Assembly: GCA_030835345.1 (NCBI GenBank)
Contig: JAURPH010000007.1
Coordinates: 13,542 to 77,541, forward strand
Source: Thermodesulfobacteriota bacterium
Lineage (GTDB): Bacteria > Desulfobacterota_D > UBA1144
Direction: 5' to 3'
DNA length: 64,000 nt
The number at the start of each line of letters is the position of its first letter. The stretch's first letter is position 1. Under the pieces are notes generated by a model that saw only the letters and a program-made list of their open reading frames with translations, ran no database searches and had not been told where the DNA came from. Both the position numbers and the translations under genes were made by a program. Positions 40,019-49,673 of this stretch are shown in pieces.

Positions 40019-41561
40019 GTGTTAAATTTGAAAAGTCTATTATTCCAAGCTTAGAATACTCAAACTCACTAATTCTTTTATTCCTTAAAAATAATTGATT
40101 TGATTGAAACAACGGGACTATTACACTATCTTCTTCAATTAAAATCTTTTGAGCTTTTTTATAAATTTGTTTTCTTGAGATTTCTTCTGCTACCTCTGAT
40201 CCTTTATTTATAAGTTCATCGTAATAATTATTACACCAGCCTGTCTCGTTATTACCACTGTTACAGGTAAAAAGGTTCATAAAATTATGTGGGTCTGGAT
40301 AATCTGCTGCCCACCCGGCTCTAAAAATATTAGGCCTATTTGAATCAAGTTGCATGAGATAAACTTTCCACTCCAAGCCTTTTATTTCTACATCAATACC
40401 AAGATTTTCTTTCCACATGTTTTGAAGTATCTCTGCAATAATTCTGTTATTTCCAGAATGTGGATATAAAAATTTAATCTTAGTACTCTTTTCGAAATTT
40501 TCATCATTAATTATTTTTTTGGCTAAAGTTGGATTGTATTCTTCTTTGTATTCATCATAACCAATCATTCCTTCTGGTATCCATGAATTTGTCGGGCTCA
40601 CAGTACCATGTAAAACTTTTTTAAATACACTTTTATTTATCGCAAGTGAAAATGCTCTTCTTATATTCGAATTATTAAAGGGAGGAAGGTCAACATTAAA
40701 TCCTATATAATTATTACGATATTGTTTCTTAACATTTAGAATACCCTTGCTTTTTAATCTAGGTATCTCGAGTAATGGTATGCCGCTACCATCAATTATA
40801 TCAACTTCCCCATTTTCAAACATTGCTAATGCAGAAGATGAATTTTCATTAATAATAATTTTTACTGGATGACTGATTTTATTTTTCGGTTCTAATAGGA
40901 TATGGCTGTTATTCTTTCTTTCAATTAAATTATATGGCCCAATTGAAACCATATTCTTAGGATCAGTCCATTTCACTCCATATTTATTTATTAAATCTAA
41001 TCTTATTGGGAATGTTGACATAAAGCTCATTAAGCTTGGAAAATAAGCTTTATTGTTTCTTAGAGTAATTTCAATAGTATATTTATCAATACTCTTTACT
41101 CCAACCTTATTAAAATCTTTGATTACACCTGAGTTAAATTCCTTAGCATTTTTAATATCAAATAAAAAATACGCATAATCTGCTGCAGTTGAGGGTTCCA
41201 GTAGTCTTTGCCATGAATCTATGAAATGTTTAGAATTAAGCTCAATACCATCAGACCAATAAATATTTTTCTTTAGTTCGAAATATAATTTGTTGTCATC
41301 TTCAAAGTACCACTTTTTTGCAAAATTATTTTTAATTCGAAAATTATGGTCAAGTTTTGTTAAGCCCCCCATAATATTATTTATTATTTGGAATGAAGCA
41401 CTGTCTGTAGCTAGATTCCAATCTAAAGTCGAGGGTTCGCTAGACATATGAATTTTTATTATTTGCTTTGCTTGACCTGGATATGATGAAAGAAATAAAA
41501 GAAGTTGAATTAATAGAAAAAAATGGGAAAGAAAATATCTATTCTTCTGCATCATCAGCAA
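40008..41561 (-). CDS. ABC-transporter substrate-binding protein, family 5 (oligopeptide/dipeptide/nickel type)
   Basis: Signal peptide followed by SBP_bac_5-type sequence (SSEPSTLDWNLATDSASFQIINNIMGGLTKL). 517 aa. Confidence 0.8.
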   Translation of the reverse strand: MLMMQKNRYFLSHFFLLIQLLLFLSSYPGQAKQIIKIHMSSEPSTLDWNLATDSASFQIINNIMGGLTKLDHNFRIKNNFAKKWYFEDDNKLYFELKKNIYWSDGIELNSKHFIDSWQRLLEPSTAADYAYFLFDIKNAKEFNSGVIKDFNKVGVKSIDKYTIEITLRNNKAYFPSLMSFMSTFPIRLDLINKYGVKWTDPKNMVSIGPYNLIERKNNSHILLEPKNKISHPVKIIINENSSSALAMFENGEVDIIDGSGIPLLEIPRLKSKGILNVKKQYRNNYIGFNVDLPPFNNSNIRRAFSLAINKSVFKKVLHGTVSPTNSWIPEGMIGYDEYKEEYNPTLAKKIINDENFEKSTKIKFLYPHSGNNRIIAEILQNMWKENLGIDVEIKGLEWKVYLMQLDSNRPNIFRAGWAADYPDPHNFMNLFTCNSGNNETGWCNNYYDELINKGSEVAEEISRKQIYKKAQKILIEEDSVIVPLFQSNQLFLRNKRISEFEYSKLGIIDFSNLTLKN

Positions 41562-42042
41562 CGACTGTAATAAGGTGGGCTCCTAGATCTACAGTATCAC
41601 CATCTTTTGCACTAACCTCTGTAACAGTACCGTCGATAGAAGATTTTAGTTCGCTCTCCATTTTCATGGCTTCAACTATTATAACCCCTTCGCCCTCATT
41701 TACTTTATCCCCAGAAGCTTTTAAAACTTTTACAACTCTTCCAGGCATTGGTGCTACTATCTTATCAATTCCTGATGCATTTTCTAATGCACTCTTGTCT
41801 CTTGTTGAGGGGACTTCAAAAATAAAAGTTTCACCCTTATAAAAAATTTCAATAATTTTGCCTTCTTTTTTAAGGGCAATTGTATATGTTTTACCATTTA
41901 AAATCATGGAATACAGATTTGAATCAATCTTTATTAGTTCACTTTTAAATTTCTTTTCGTCGGTTTCAATTCTGTATCCATTATTCTCTGGGAATAATTC
42001 AAAGTTTATTAATTCTTTACCGATTTTTAGACTATATTTCAT
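41539..42042 (-). CDS. accB: Biotin carboxyl carrier protein with N-terminal BT-like segment (acyl-CoA carboxylase BCCP subunit)
   Basis: C-terminal biotinyl domain VNEGEGVIIVEAMKMESELKSSIDGTVTEV (biotin-Lys in the AMKM motif). 167 aa. RBS AAGGA about 8 nt upstream. Tandem TAG TAA stops end the upstream biotin carboxylase gene. Confidence 0.8.
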   Translation of the reverse strand: MKYSLKIGKELINFELFPENNGYRIETDEKKFKSELIKIDSNLYSMILNGKTYTIALKKEGKIIEIFYKGETFIFEVPSTRDKSALENASGIDKIVAPMPGRVVKVLKASGDKVNEGEGVIIVEAMKMESELKSSIDGTVTEVSAKDGDTVDLGAHLITVVADDAEE

Positions 42043-42057
42043 ATTTAAATTTCCTTA

Positions 42058-43554
42058 CTAAAACATTGAATTCCTTGACAAACTAGATCGTCTAGCAATG
42101 TATTTCCAAGGTGTAAATCTTGGATCTTTAATTGTTTCAACTTCACCTGATGCTGAATCAAGTATAATAGCTCCGGCAATAGAAGCTATTTCAAGATTCT
42201 CTTTAGGAACCTTTAAAAGCTTTTTATGCTTTTCTATAAATCCTGTATCTAGTTTTCCACTTATGAAATCTTTATCATCCATTAGTCTATTAAGAAATCC
42301 TAAATTTGTTTTCAAACCTAATACAATATATTCCTCTAAAGCTCTTTTCATTCTTTTAATTGCATCATTCCTATCTTTGCCCCAAACTATTAATTTTGAA
42401 AGCATTGGATCATAAAAAGTTGTTACTTCATATCCATTAAATAGAGAAGAATCATCTCTAACTCCAGGTCCTTGAGGTGACTTAATATATGTTGCAACGC
42501 CTGGAGAAGGTATAAAATTATTATTAGGGTCTTCAGCACAGATTCTGCACTCTATAGCATGCCCATTAATACCTATATCCTTTTGTTTAATACTTAATGG
42601 CTGACCTGATGAAACTTTAATCATTTCTTTAACTATATCAATCCCTGTAATCATTTCAGTAATAGGATGCTCAACTTGAACCCTTGTATTCATTTCTAAG
42701 AAATAAAAATTCTCTTTTTGATCCATAATAAATTCAACTGTTCCTGCTCCAGAATAAGATACTTTTTTGGCCAATTTAACAGCAATTTTCCCCATGAGCT
42801 CTCTCGTTTTCTTACTTACACCAGGAGAGGGGGCTTCTTCAACAACTTTTTGATGTCTTCTTTGAATTGAACATTCTCTTTCAAAAAGATGTATAACATT
42901 TCCTTTTTTATCACCTAAAATTTGGATTTCGATATGCCTTGGTTCTTGGATAAATCTTTCAATAAAAACTGCATCATTATTGAATGCAGATTTAGCTTCA
43001 CTTTTTGCCATTTTCAGCGAATTTTCAAAATCAGACATCTGATGAACCAATCTCATTCCTTTACCGCCACCTCCTGCTGAGGCTTTAATCATTAATGGAA
43101 ATCCAATTTTTTTAGCTACATCAACTGCTTCATCATCTTTTACTTCTCCCTCGGTTCCAGGAACCAGTGGAACTTTAGCTGCTTTTGCTATTTCTCTAGA
43201 AGTAATTTTATCACCCATAAGTCTAATCGCCTCTGCGCTGGGTCCAATAAAATCAATTTTATTTTTTATACATTTCTCAGCAAATTCTGCATTTTCAGAT
43301 AAAAAGCCATACCCAGGATGAATACCATCACACTTGGCTTTTTTTGCAACTTTTATAATATTATCTCCAATTAAATAACTTTCATTAGGTAGTGGGCCAC
43401 CAATGTTATATGCCTCATCTGCCATATTTACATGGAGAGAATTTCTGTCTGCATCAGAAAAAACTGCAACAGTCTTGATTTCAAGCTCTTTACAAGCCCT
43501 AATAATCCTTACCGCTATTTCACCTCTATTTGCTATTAGAATTTTTTTATACAT
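42058..43554 (-). CDS. accC: Biotin carboxylase subunit of acyl-CoA (acetyl/propionyl-CoA) carboxylase, with about 50-aa C-terminal extension
   Basis: MYKKILIANRGEIAVRIIRACKELEIKTVAVFSD... ATP-grasp and BC C-terminal domains. 498 aa. Confidence 0.9.
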   Translation of the reverse strand: MYKKILIANRGEIAVRIIRACKELEIKTVAVFSDADRNSLHVNMADEAYNIGGPLPNESYLIGDNIIKVAKKAKCDGIHPGYGFLSENAEFAEKCIKNKIDFIGPSAEAIRLMGDKITSREIAKAAKVPLVPGTEGEVKDDEAVDVAKKIGFPLMIKASAGGGGKGMRLVHQMSDFENSLKMAKSEAKSAFNNDAVFIERFIQEPRHIEIQILGDKKGNVIHLFERECSIQRRHQKVVEEAPSPGVSKKTRELMGKIAVKLAKKVSYSGAGTVEFIMDQKENFYFLEMNTRVQVEHPITEMITGIDIVKEMIKVSSGQPLSIKQKDIGINGHAIECRICAEDPNNNFIPSPGVATYIKSPQGPGVRDDSSLFNGYEVTTFYDPMLSKLIVWGKDRNDAIKRMKRALEEYIVLGLKTNLGFLNRLMDDKDFISGKLDTGFIEKHKKLLKVPKENLEIASIAGAIILDSASGEVETIKDPRFTPWKYIARRSSLSRNSMF

Positions 43555-43571
43555 AAATGAATCTCTCTTGT

Positions 43572-45134
43572 TTAAAGTGGAATTAACCCATGCTTTTTTG
43601 GAGGGTTATTTTGCCTTTTTCCTTCGAGCATCTCAAATGAATTAACAACCCTTATTCTTGTATCTTCGGGCTTGATTACTTCATCGATATAACCCAGGTT
43701 TGCTGCTCTATATGGATTAGCAAATAATTCTTTATATTCTTCTACAAGTCTGGCCTTTTCCGCTACTGGGTCAGAGGCTTCTGCTATTTCTCTTCTATTT
43801 ACAATGTTCACTGCACCATCGGGTCCCATAACAGCAATTTCAGCTGTAGGGAAAGCCAAGTTTATATCGCCTCTTAAATGTTTAGATGACATAACATCAT
43901 ATGCTCCACCATAAGCTTTTCTGGTTATAACTGTAACTCGTGGAACTGTTGCTTCGCAGTATGCATATAACAATTTGGCACCATGTAAGATAATTCCATT
44001 CAATTCCTGATCTACACCAGGCAAAAATCCAGGAACATCTACTAGAGTAAGTAAAGGGATGTTGAAACAATCACAAAATCTTACAAATCTGGCCCCCTTA
44101 ATAGAAGATTTAATATCAAGTACACCAGCTAGAACATTTGGTTGGTTTCCAACTACTCCAACAGTTTTTCCGTTTACTCTTGCGAATCCTACTATAATGT
44201 TAGGTGCATAATTTTCAGCAACTTCAAAGAAGTATTCATTATCTACGATTGATGAAACTACTTCTTTCATATCATAAGGCTTATTTGGATTTGTTGGAAC
44301 TATATCTCTTAATTTATCAACTTTTCTATCAATTGGATCATCACATTTTATTGCTGGTGGATCTTCCATATTGTTTAATGGAAGAAAAGTAAAAAGCTCT
44401 CTTAATAATGATAGACAATCTTCATCGTTCTCTGCTGCAAATTGAGCAACACCACTTTCAGTTGTATGAACTACAGCACCACCAAGTTCTTCCGAAGTTA
44501 CTTCTTCATTTGTAACTGTTTTTACAACATCAGGGCCAGTTATAAACATATAGCTAGTATCTTTAACCATTGCTATGAAATCTGTCATAGCAGGAGAATA
44601 TACAGCTCCACCAGCACTTGGTCCCATGATTGCGGAAATTTGAGGTATTACACCTGATGCTTGAACATTTCTTAAGAAGATTTCTGCATAACCTGCAAGG
44701 CCTCTTACGCCTTCTTGAATCCTTGCACCACCTGAATCACTTAAACCAATTACAGGACAACCGACTTGAACAGCCATATCCATAATTTTTGTAATTTTTC
44801 TTGCATGAGCTAAACCCAGGGCACCACCAAAAATAGTAAAGTCTTGGGCATAAACAAAAACTTGTCGCCCATCAATTTTTCCATACCCAGTTACAACACC
44901 ATCTCCAAGAAATTTGGTTTTTTCCATTCCAAAATTATAATTTTGATGTTCTACAAATTTATCAAGCTCAACAAAAGAACCATTATCAAGCAATAAATTG
45001 ATTCTTTCCCTAGCGGTAAGCTTTCCTTGCTTATGTTGCTTTTCAACTCTAGCATCACCACCAGCTTCATTAGCTTGAGAAATTTTATCCTCAAGTACTT
45101 TTATTTTTTGTTCCATCGTTATTTCTTCACTCAT
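43572..45134 (-). CDS. pccB: Propionyl-CoA carboxylase beta chain / carboxyltransferase subunit (12S type)
   Basis: 520 aa carboxyl transferase domain. [20 protein letters not shown]...[27 protein letters not shown]. Confidence 0.9.
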   Translation of the reverse strand: MSEEITMEQKIKVLEDKISQANEAGGDARVEKQHKQGKLTARERINLLLDNGSFVELDKFVEHQNYNFGMEKTKFLGDGVVTGYGKIDGRQVFVYAQDFTIFGGALGLAHARKITKIMDMAVQVGCPVIGLSDSGGARIQEGVRGLAGYAEIFLRNVQASGVIPQISAIMGPSAGGAVYSPAMTDFIAMVKDTSYMFITGPDVVKTVTNEEVTSEELGGAVVHTTESGVAQFAAENDEDCLSLLRELFTFLPLNNMEDPPAIKCDDPIDRKVDKLRDIVPTNPNKPYDMKEVVSSIVDNEYFFEVAENYAPNIIVGFARVNGKTVGVVGNQPNVLAGVLDIKSSIKGARFVRFCDCFNIPLLTLVDVPGFLPGVDQELNGIILHGAKLLYAYCEATVPRVTVITRKAYGGAYDVMSSKHLRGDINLAFPTAEIAVMGPDGAVNIVNRREIAEASDPVAEKARLVEEYKELFANPYRAANLGYIDEVIKPEDTRIRVVNSFEMLEGKRQNNPPKKHGLIPL

Positions 45135-45206
45135 ATGAAACCTCTATATATAATTAATAATTCTAAATTTTAAAAAAATTAAAAAAAATGCTTATAAAAA
45201 TATAAT

Positions 45207-45845
45207 CTAATGAGATATTTTTTCTAGTATTGAATTTAACTTTCCAATCAAATGGCTTATTTCGTGATTATTATTAACAATGAAGTCAAAGTCATACTTA
45301 TTGTGTGCCATTCCTTTTTGTGCAAAAAGAATTTTTTTAATTTCTTCTTTCGTTTTATTATCCCTGGTCAAAACTCTTTGAATTATTATTTTTTGAAATG
45401 CCTTAATAAGTATTATTTTATCAAGAAATTTGCCAATTTTAGTTGTTTTTTTTATTAAAGCACCTTCAAAAACAATAAATTCCTTTTTTTTATGATTATT
45501 TTCAACTGTTAATGCTTTTACTTTTTTTAAGAGTTCTGGATGAACTATTGAATTTAATTTGTCCCTTTTTCTTTTATCATTAAAAACTATTTCAGCAATT
45601 TTTCTTCTATTTAACGTTTTGTTTTTATTTAAAACTTCTTTACCAAAAGTATTTAAAATTTTTTCATAGCAAGGCATTCCACGCTTCATTATTTTTCTTG
45701 ATTCTAAATCTAAATTATAACAAGGAATATTTATTGATTTTAAATAATTCAAAGCGGCACTTTTGCCGCTTCCTATTTTTCCAGAAATTCCTATTTTTAT
45801 AATTTTATTTTTCATTGTTCTTAATAAATTTTTTAATTCTTTCAA
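45207..45845 (-). CDS. coaE: Dephospho-CoA kinase (start probably the internal Met, MKNKIIKIGISG)
   Basis: P-loop IKIGISGKIGSGKSAALNYL and CoaE lid region. Confidence 0.8.
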   Translation of the reverse strand: MKELKNLLRTMKNKIIKIGISGKIGSGKSAALNYLKSINIPCYNLDLESRKIMKRGMPCYEKILNTFGKEVLNKNKTLNRRKIAEIVFNDKRKRDKLNSIVHPELLKKVKALTVENNHKKKEFIVFEGALIKKTTKIGKFLDKIILIKAFQKIIIQRVLTRDNKTKEEIKKILFAQKGMAHNKYDFDFIVNNNHEISHLIGKLNSILEKISH

Positions 45846-47178
45846 TAACTATTTCATGCCCAAGTATTTTTAGAATTTCAAATATACCTGGTGATGACTT
45901 AGTTCCTGTTAGTAAAATTCTTAGAGGTAAAGCTAAAGATTTCATTTTTATTTCATTTTCATTTAAATAGTTGGTGAATACTTCTTTGATCTCTTCAATT
46001 TCTTTTGGTTTTTTTTCTTCCCAAACAATTATGAATTTTTTTAGTTCTGATACAGCTTGGTTATCTAATTCATTGATTAGTTCATTTTCGTAAGATTCAT
46101 TTGTCAACAAGCAAAAGTTTAATGACTTCTGTAATTCATTTAAATCTTTATTTTTTTCTTTAACTGCATTTATTGCTAATTCTTCATCAACTCCATCTAT
46201 GAATTCTAATTTCAATCTTTCCTTTAATTCACTATTTGGGTAATTTTTGATTTGAATATTGTTTACCCATGATAGTTTTTCGGAATCAAATACAGCGGGT
46301 GATTTACTAAGGTTGTCTAATGAAAAGTTGGAAATCATTTCGTTTAAAGTAAATATTTCTTGATCACCATAAGCCCAACCAAGCCGTGCTAAATAATTAA
46401 TAATAGATATTGGCAAATAACCTTTCTCTTTGAAGCTATTAATTGATTCTGCTCCATGCCTCTTGCTTAATTTGGTCTTATCTTTACCCAAAATCATTGA
46501 TACATGTGTGAAATTTGGTAATTTTTTCTTTATAGAGTTAAATATTAAAACTTGCTTAGGTGTATTAGATAAATGGTCCTCACCTCTAATTATGTTAGTG
46601 ATACCCATTTCAGCATCATCTAAAGCTGAAGCAAAGTTATAAGTAGGAAATCCATCACTTTTTATAATTATAAAATCATCCAAGGTGCTTGAATCAATCG
46701 TTATATTTCCTCTAAGTGTGTCATTAAAATTTATCTTTGTTTGATAGGGTGTTTTAAATCTAATAACAAAGTCTCTTCCATTTGGATTTTCTTTTTTTTC
46801 ACGCCATGTATTTGGATATTTATATACTTTATTTTCTGCCTTAGCCTTATCTTTCAACAAATTTACTTCTTCTTGAGTCATATAACATCTATAAGCTAAG
46901 TCTTCATCTATCAGTTTGTCAGCTGCTGCTTTATAAATCTCAAGTCTATTAGACTGCTTAATTGGTCCCTCATCCCAATCTAAACCTAACCAGCGCAGTG
47001 ATTCTAATATTTCGATAAGGGATTCATTTGAAGATCTCTCCTTATCTGTATCTTCTATCCTAACAAGAATTTTACCATTGTTTTTTTTTGCAAAAAGATA
47101 ATTAAAAATAGCTGTCCTAACGGCTCCAAGATGAAGAGAACCCGTAGGACTTGGGGCAAACCTTACTTTTACATTCAT
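45805..47178 (-). CDS. gltX: Glutamyl-tRNA synthetase
   Basis: VRFAPSPTGSLHLGAVRTAIFNYL (HIGH-type motif) and KLSKRHG (KMSKS). Confidence 0.9.
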   Translation of the reverse strand: MNVKVRFAPSPTGSLHLGAVRTAIFNYLFAKKNNGKILVRIEDTDKERSSNESLIEILESLRWLGLDWDEGPIKQSNRLEIYKAAADKLIDEDLAYRCYMTQEEVNLLKDKAKAENKVYKYPNTWREKKENPNGRDFVIRFKTPYQTKINFNDTLRGNITIDSSTLDDFIIIKSDGFPTYNFASALDDAEMGITNIIRGEDHLSNTPKQVLIFNSIKKKLPNFTHVSMILGKDKTKLSKRHGAESINSFKEKGYLPISIINYLARLGWAYGDQEIFTLNEMISNFSLDNLSKSPAVFDSEKLSWVNNIQIKNYPNSELKERLKLEFIDGVDEELAINAVKEKNKDLNELQKSLNFCLLTNESYENELINELDNQAVSELKKFIIVWEEKKPKEIEEIKEVFTNYLNENEIKMKSLALPLRILLTGTKSSPGIFEILKILGHEIVIERIKKFIKNNEK

Positions 47179-47185
47179 TGAGTCA

Positions 47186-47725
47186 TTATACTTTAATTTT
47201 AATATTTTTAATTATTACTTCTTTTATTAATAAGCAAGAAAAAGCAAGACCAAAAAAAATATTTAAATTTTTGAAATTAATGGTGGATCCTAATTCATTA
47301 AAAACTATTATAAGGCTCCATGTAATAATATTTAAAATTATAAGAAATGACATTTTATTCGTTAGGTTGTTTAGTTTTAAATTTGATATGTATAAGGATA
47401 AAAAAATTACTATGATGCTACATATTGATAAAAATTTTGTAGATATTCCCAACTCAAAATTAGTAATAAAGATGTAATCAATATAAGAAAAAGGTAATAG
47501 GTATTGATGATTATTATATAAATAATCTGCATGGATTTTTGTCAAAGGACAATATCCTAGACCGAAGAAAAATCCAAGAATCGTCCAACAAAATATAGTT
47601 AGTAATATTAAGAGGACACTTATTCTTCTGGTTTTTTCAAAAATCCACCCAAATGCATTTATTATTATAATTGCTATATGAATCATATTCATAGCTAGGT
47701 CAAAATTATCAAAGTATAAGAACAT
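47186..47725 (-). CDS. Hypothetical polytopic membrane protein (possibly DUF2784-like; GYCPLT motif)
   Basis: 179 aa with about five TM segments. Conserved-looking GLGYCPLTKIHADYLY. Confidence 0.3.
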   Translation of the reverse strand: MFLYFDNFDLAMNMIHIAIIIINAFGWIFEKTRRISVLLILLTIFCWTILGFFFGLGYCPLTKIHADYLYNNHQYLLPFSYIDYIFITNFELGISTKFLSICSIIVIFLSLYISNLKLNNLTNKMSFLIILNIITWSLIIVFNELGSTINFKNLNIFFGLAFSCLLIKEVIIKNIKIKV

Positions 47726-47758
47726 AAGATAGATATATAATATATATTAATTATACGA

Positions 47759-48166
47759 ATGAGTATTCTTGGAATTGATTATGGTTTAAAACGAATTGGA
47801 ATCGCATGTACCGATGAATTAAATATTTCTAGCTATCCCTTATTGCAGATTGAGAACAAAGATGACAATTCACATTTTAATGAAATTTTGGAAGTTATTA
47901 GCCAAAGGCCAATTGATTTAATTTTAATAGGTATCCCTTTTAAGGATGATGGTAGATTGAAAATTCAAGATCATATAGAAAAGTTTTCTGAAGATTTATC
48001 AAAATTAATCGATATTAAAATTCTTCATTGGGATGAGAATTTTACATCCGATGAGGCTGAGGATTTTCTTATAAAAAATAATGTTTCAAGAAAGAAAAGG
48101 AAAAATTTAAAAGATAAATTGGCAGCTTGTAATATAATCAATAGTTATTTAAGGAGTTTATCATAG
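47759..48166 (+). CDS. ruvX: Holliday-junction resolvase-like RNase YqgF/RuvX
   Basis: MSILGIDYGLKRIGIACTDE... is the RuvX N-terminus. 135 aa. Confidence 0.85.
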   Translation: MSILGIDYGLKRIGIACTDELNISSYPLLQIENKDDNSHFNEILEVISQRPIDLILIGIPFKDDGRLKIQDHIEKFSEDLSKLIDIKILHWDENFTSDEAEDFLIKNNVSRKKRKNLKDKLAACNIINSYLRSLS

Positions 48167-48948
48167 CGAAATTACAAACATCTCAAGGAAAAATAAATTA
48201 TAAACTATATAGAAATAGGAATAAAAAATTTATCACTCTAATTGGTGGACTAGGTAGTAATATTTCAAGTTGGGACAACCAAATCAAGTTGTATAAAAAA
48301 CATTTTTCAATACTAGTATTTGACAACTTAGGCTCAGGGAAAAGTGATGAGCCCAAAGATGCTAATTCTATGGAATTGTTTGCGGAAAATACGCTTGAGA
48401 TTCTAGACCTATTAAAAATTAAAAGAACACATATTGTAGGGAAATCAATGGGTGGAATGATTGCTCAAGTCTTATGTGCAAAATATCCTAGATATATAAA
48501 TAAACTCGTTTTAGGTTGTACTGCTGCATCAAGAGATAATGTTGGCAAAGAGATAATAGCAATAGCTAAAAAAATTGCTAAGAATGTTGGATTAAAAGAA
48601 TTATGGTTTAATGCTCTTATGCTTGGTTATTCTCGTAACTATATTATGAGAAATTTTAAAGAATATAGAAATACTGAAGTATTAACTAATAAAAAGAATT
48701 TGGATGGTTATTTAAAACAATGTGAAGCAATCGACAAACTTAACAATATAAAATATTTACCCCAAATTAAATGTGAGACCTTAATTGTTTATGGGAAAAA
48801 TGATTTAATTGTTGATGTTACAAAGTCACATGAGTTAGCAAAATTAATTAAAAACACACAAACAATCTCTTTTCCCGGGGGACATGGTTTTTGGAAAGAA
48901 AATAGAGATTTGGTTGATCAAGAAATCATAGAATTTTTAATTAATTGA
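48163..48948 (+). CDS. Alpha/beta-hydrolase fold protein. The track ORF begins at TTG 48289, but the domain needs an upstream start in an open frame beginning at 48145.
   Basis: The frame is open from 48145 and encodes ...AKLQTSQGKINYKLYRNRNKKFITLIGGLGSNISSWDNQIKLYKKHFSILVFDNLGSGKS..., the start of the abhydrolase domain. A strong AAGGAG at 48151-48156 precedes only ATC/ATA candidate codons. Nucleophile elbow is GKSMGG. Confidence 0.55.
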   Translation: MAKLQTSQGKINYKLYRNRNKKFITLIGGLGSNISSWDNQIKLYKKHFSILVFDNLGSGKSDEPKDANSMELFAENTLEILDLLKIKRTHIVGKSMGGMIAQVLCAKYPRYINKLVLGCTAASRDNVGKEIIAIAKKIAKNVGLKELWFNALMLGYSRNYIMRNFKEYRNTEVLTNKKNLDGYLKQCEAIDKLNNIKYLPQIKCETLIVYGKNDLIVDVTKSHELAKLIKNTQTISFPGGHGFWKENRDLVDQEIIEFLIN

Positions 48949-49629
48949 TTCTGAGTCTTTATCTGGTAATTCAATTTTACCCATCAGATAATCAATTCTT
49001 GATTCTAAAGTTTCTATTAACTTTAAAGCCCTTTTTGCTTCATTTGTCTCTTCGAGAAACCATTGCCTTTCATTAGTCGAGGTCACTACAATAGATGAAA
49101 GAGAATCAGTAAGCTTAGATAAGGAAGCATCAGGGTCAACTTTAATTTTGTAATTTTCGTTATAGTCTTCAAGCAATAAATTCCATTCACTGGTTAAATC
49201 TGTAATCCTTTTGCTTAAAGGGATTGAATCTGAAGATTTGGTTTGGGATACAATATTTATTTTTGCTTGCCTGTAGGGTTTTGTATAAATTATTTCATCA
49301 ATTTTGATTCTACTAATCCCATATAAGATTATATTTTTTCTACCTTCATCTGTTTCTTCATTACTAATAATTCTTCCAACACATCCAATTTTTGCAATAT
49401 TGCTGCTATCTTGGTTGCCTTTTGAACTATCATACATAAGACTCATACATATAAGATTATTCGAGTTAGTAGAGTCTTCAATCATTTCTTTATATCTTTC
49501 TTCGAATATATGAAGCGGCAATACAGTATTAGGAAAAAAAACTACATTATCTAATGGAAATAAAGGAACAACTTCATCTAAATTGGCTGCAATTTTTTCT
49601 TCGTCAAAATCAACATATAAAGTTTTCAT
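48937..49629 (-). CDS. Stand-alone LON substrate-binding (Lon N-terminal, PUA-like) domain protein
   Basis: VPLFPLDNVVFFPNTVLPLHIFEERYKEMI is the Lon N-domain consensus start. 230 aa, with no ATPase or protease part. Confidence 0.65.
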   Translation of the reverse strand: MKTLYVDFDEEKIAANLDEVVPLFPLDNVVFFPNTVLPLHIFEERYKEMIEDSTNSNNLICMSLMYDSSKGNQDSSNIAKIGCVGRIISNEETDEGRKNIILYGISRIKIDEIIYTKPYRQAKINIVSQTKSSDSIPLSKRITDLTSEWNLLLEDYNENYKIKVDPDASLSKLTDSLSSIVVTSTNERQWFLEETNEAKRALKLIETLESRIDYLMGKIELPDKDSESIN

Positions 49630-49673
49630 AATTTTATTATACCAACATTGATAAAATAAATTATAATTTCTAT

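Noticed and set aside
45134-45207. 72-bp AT-only intergenic spacer between coaE and pccB as a possible small RNA
   Set aside because: It is pure A/T low complexity with no stem-loop potential. It is more simply the pccB operon promoter and UP-element region.
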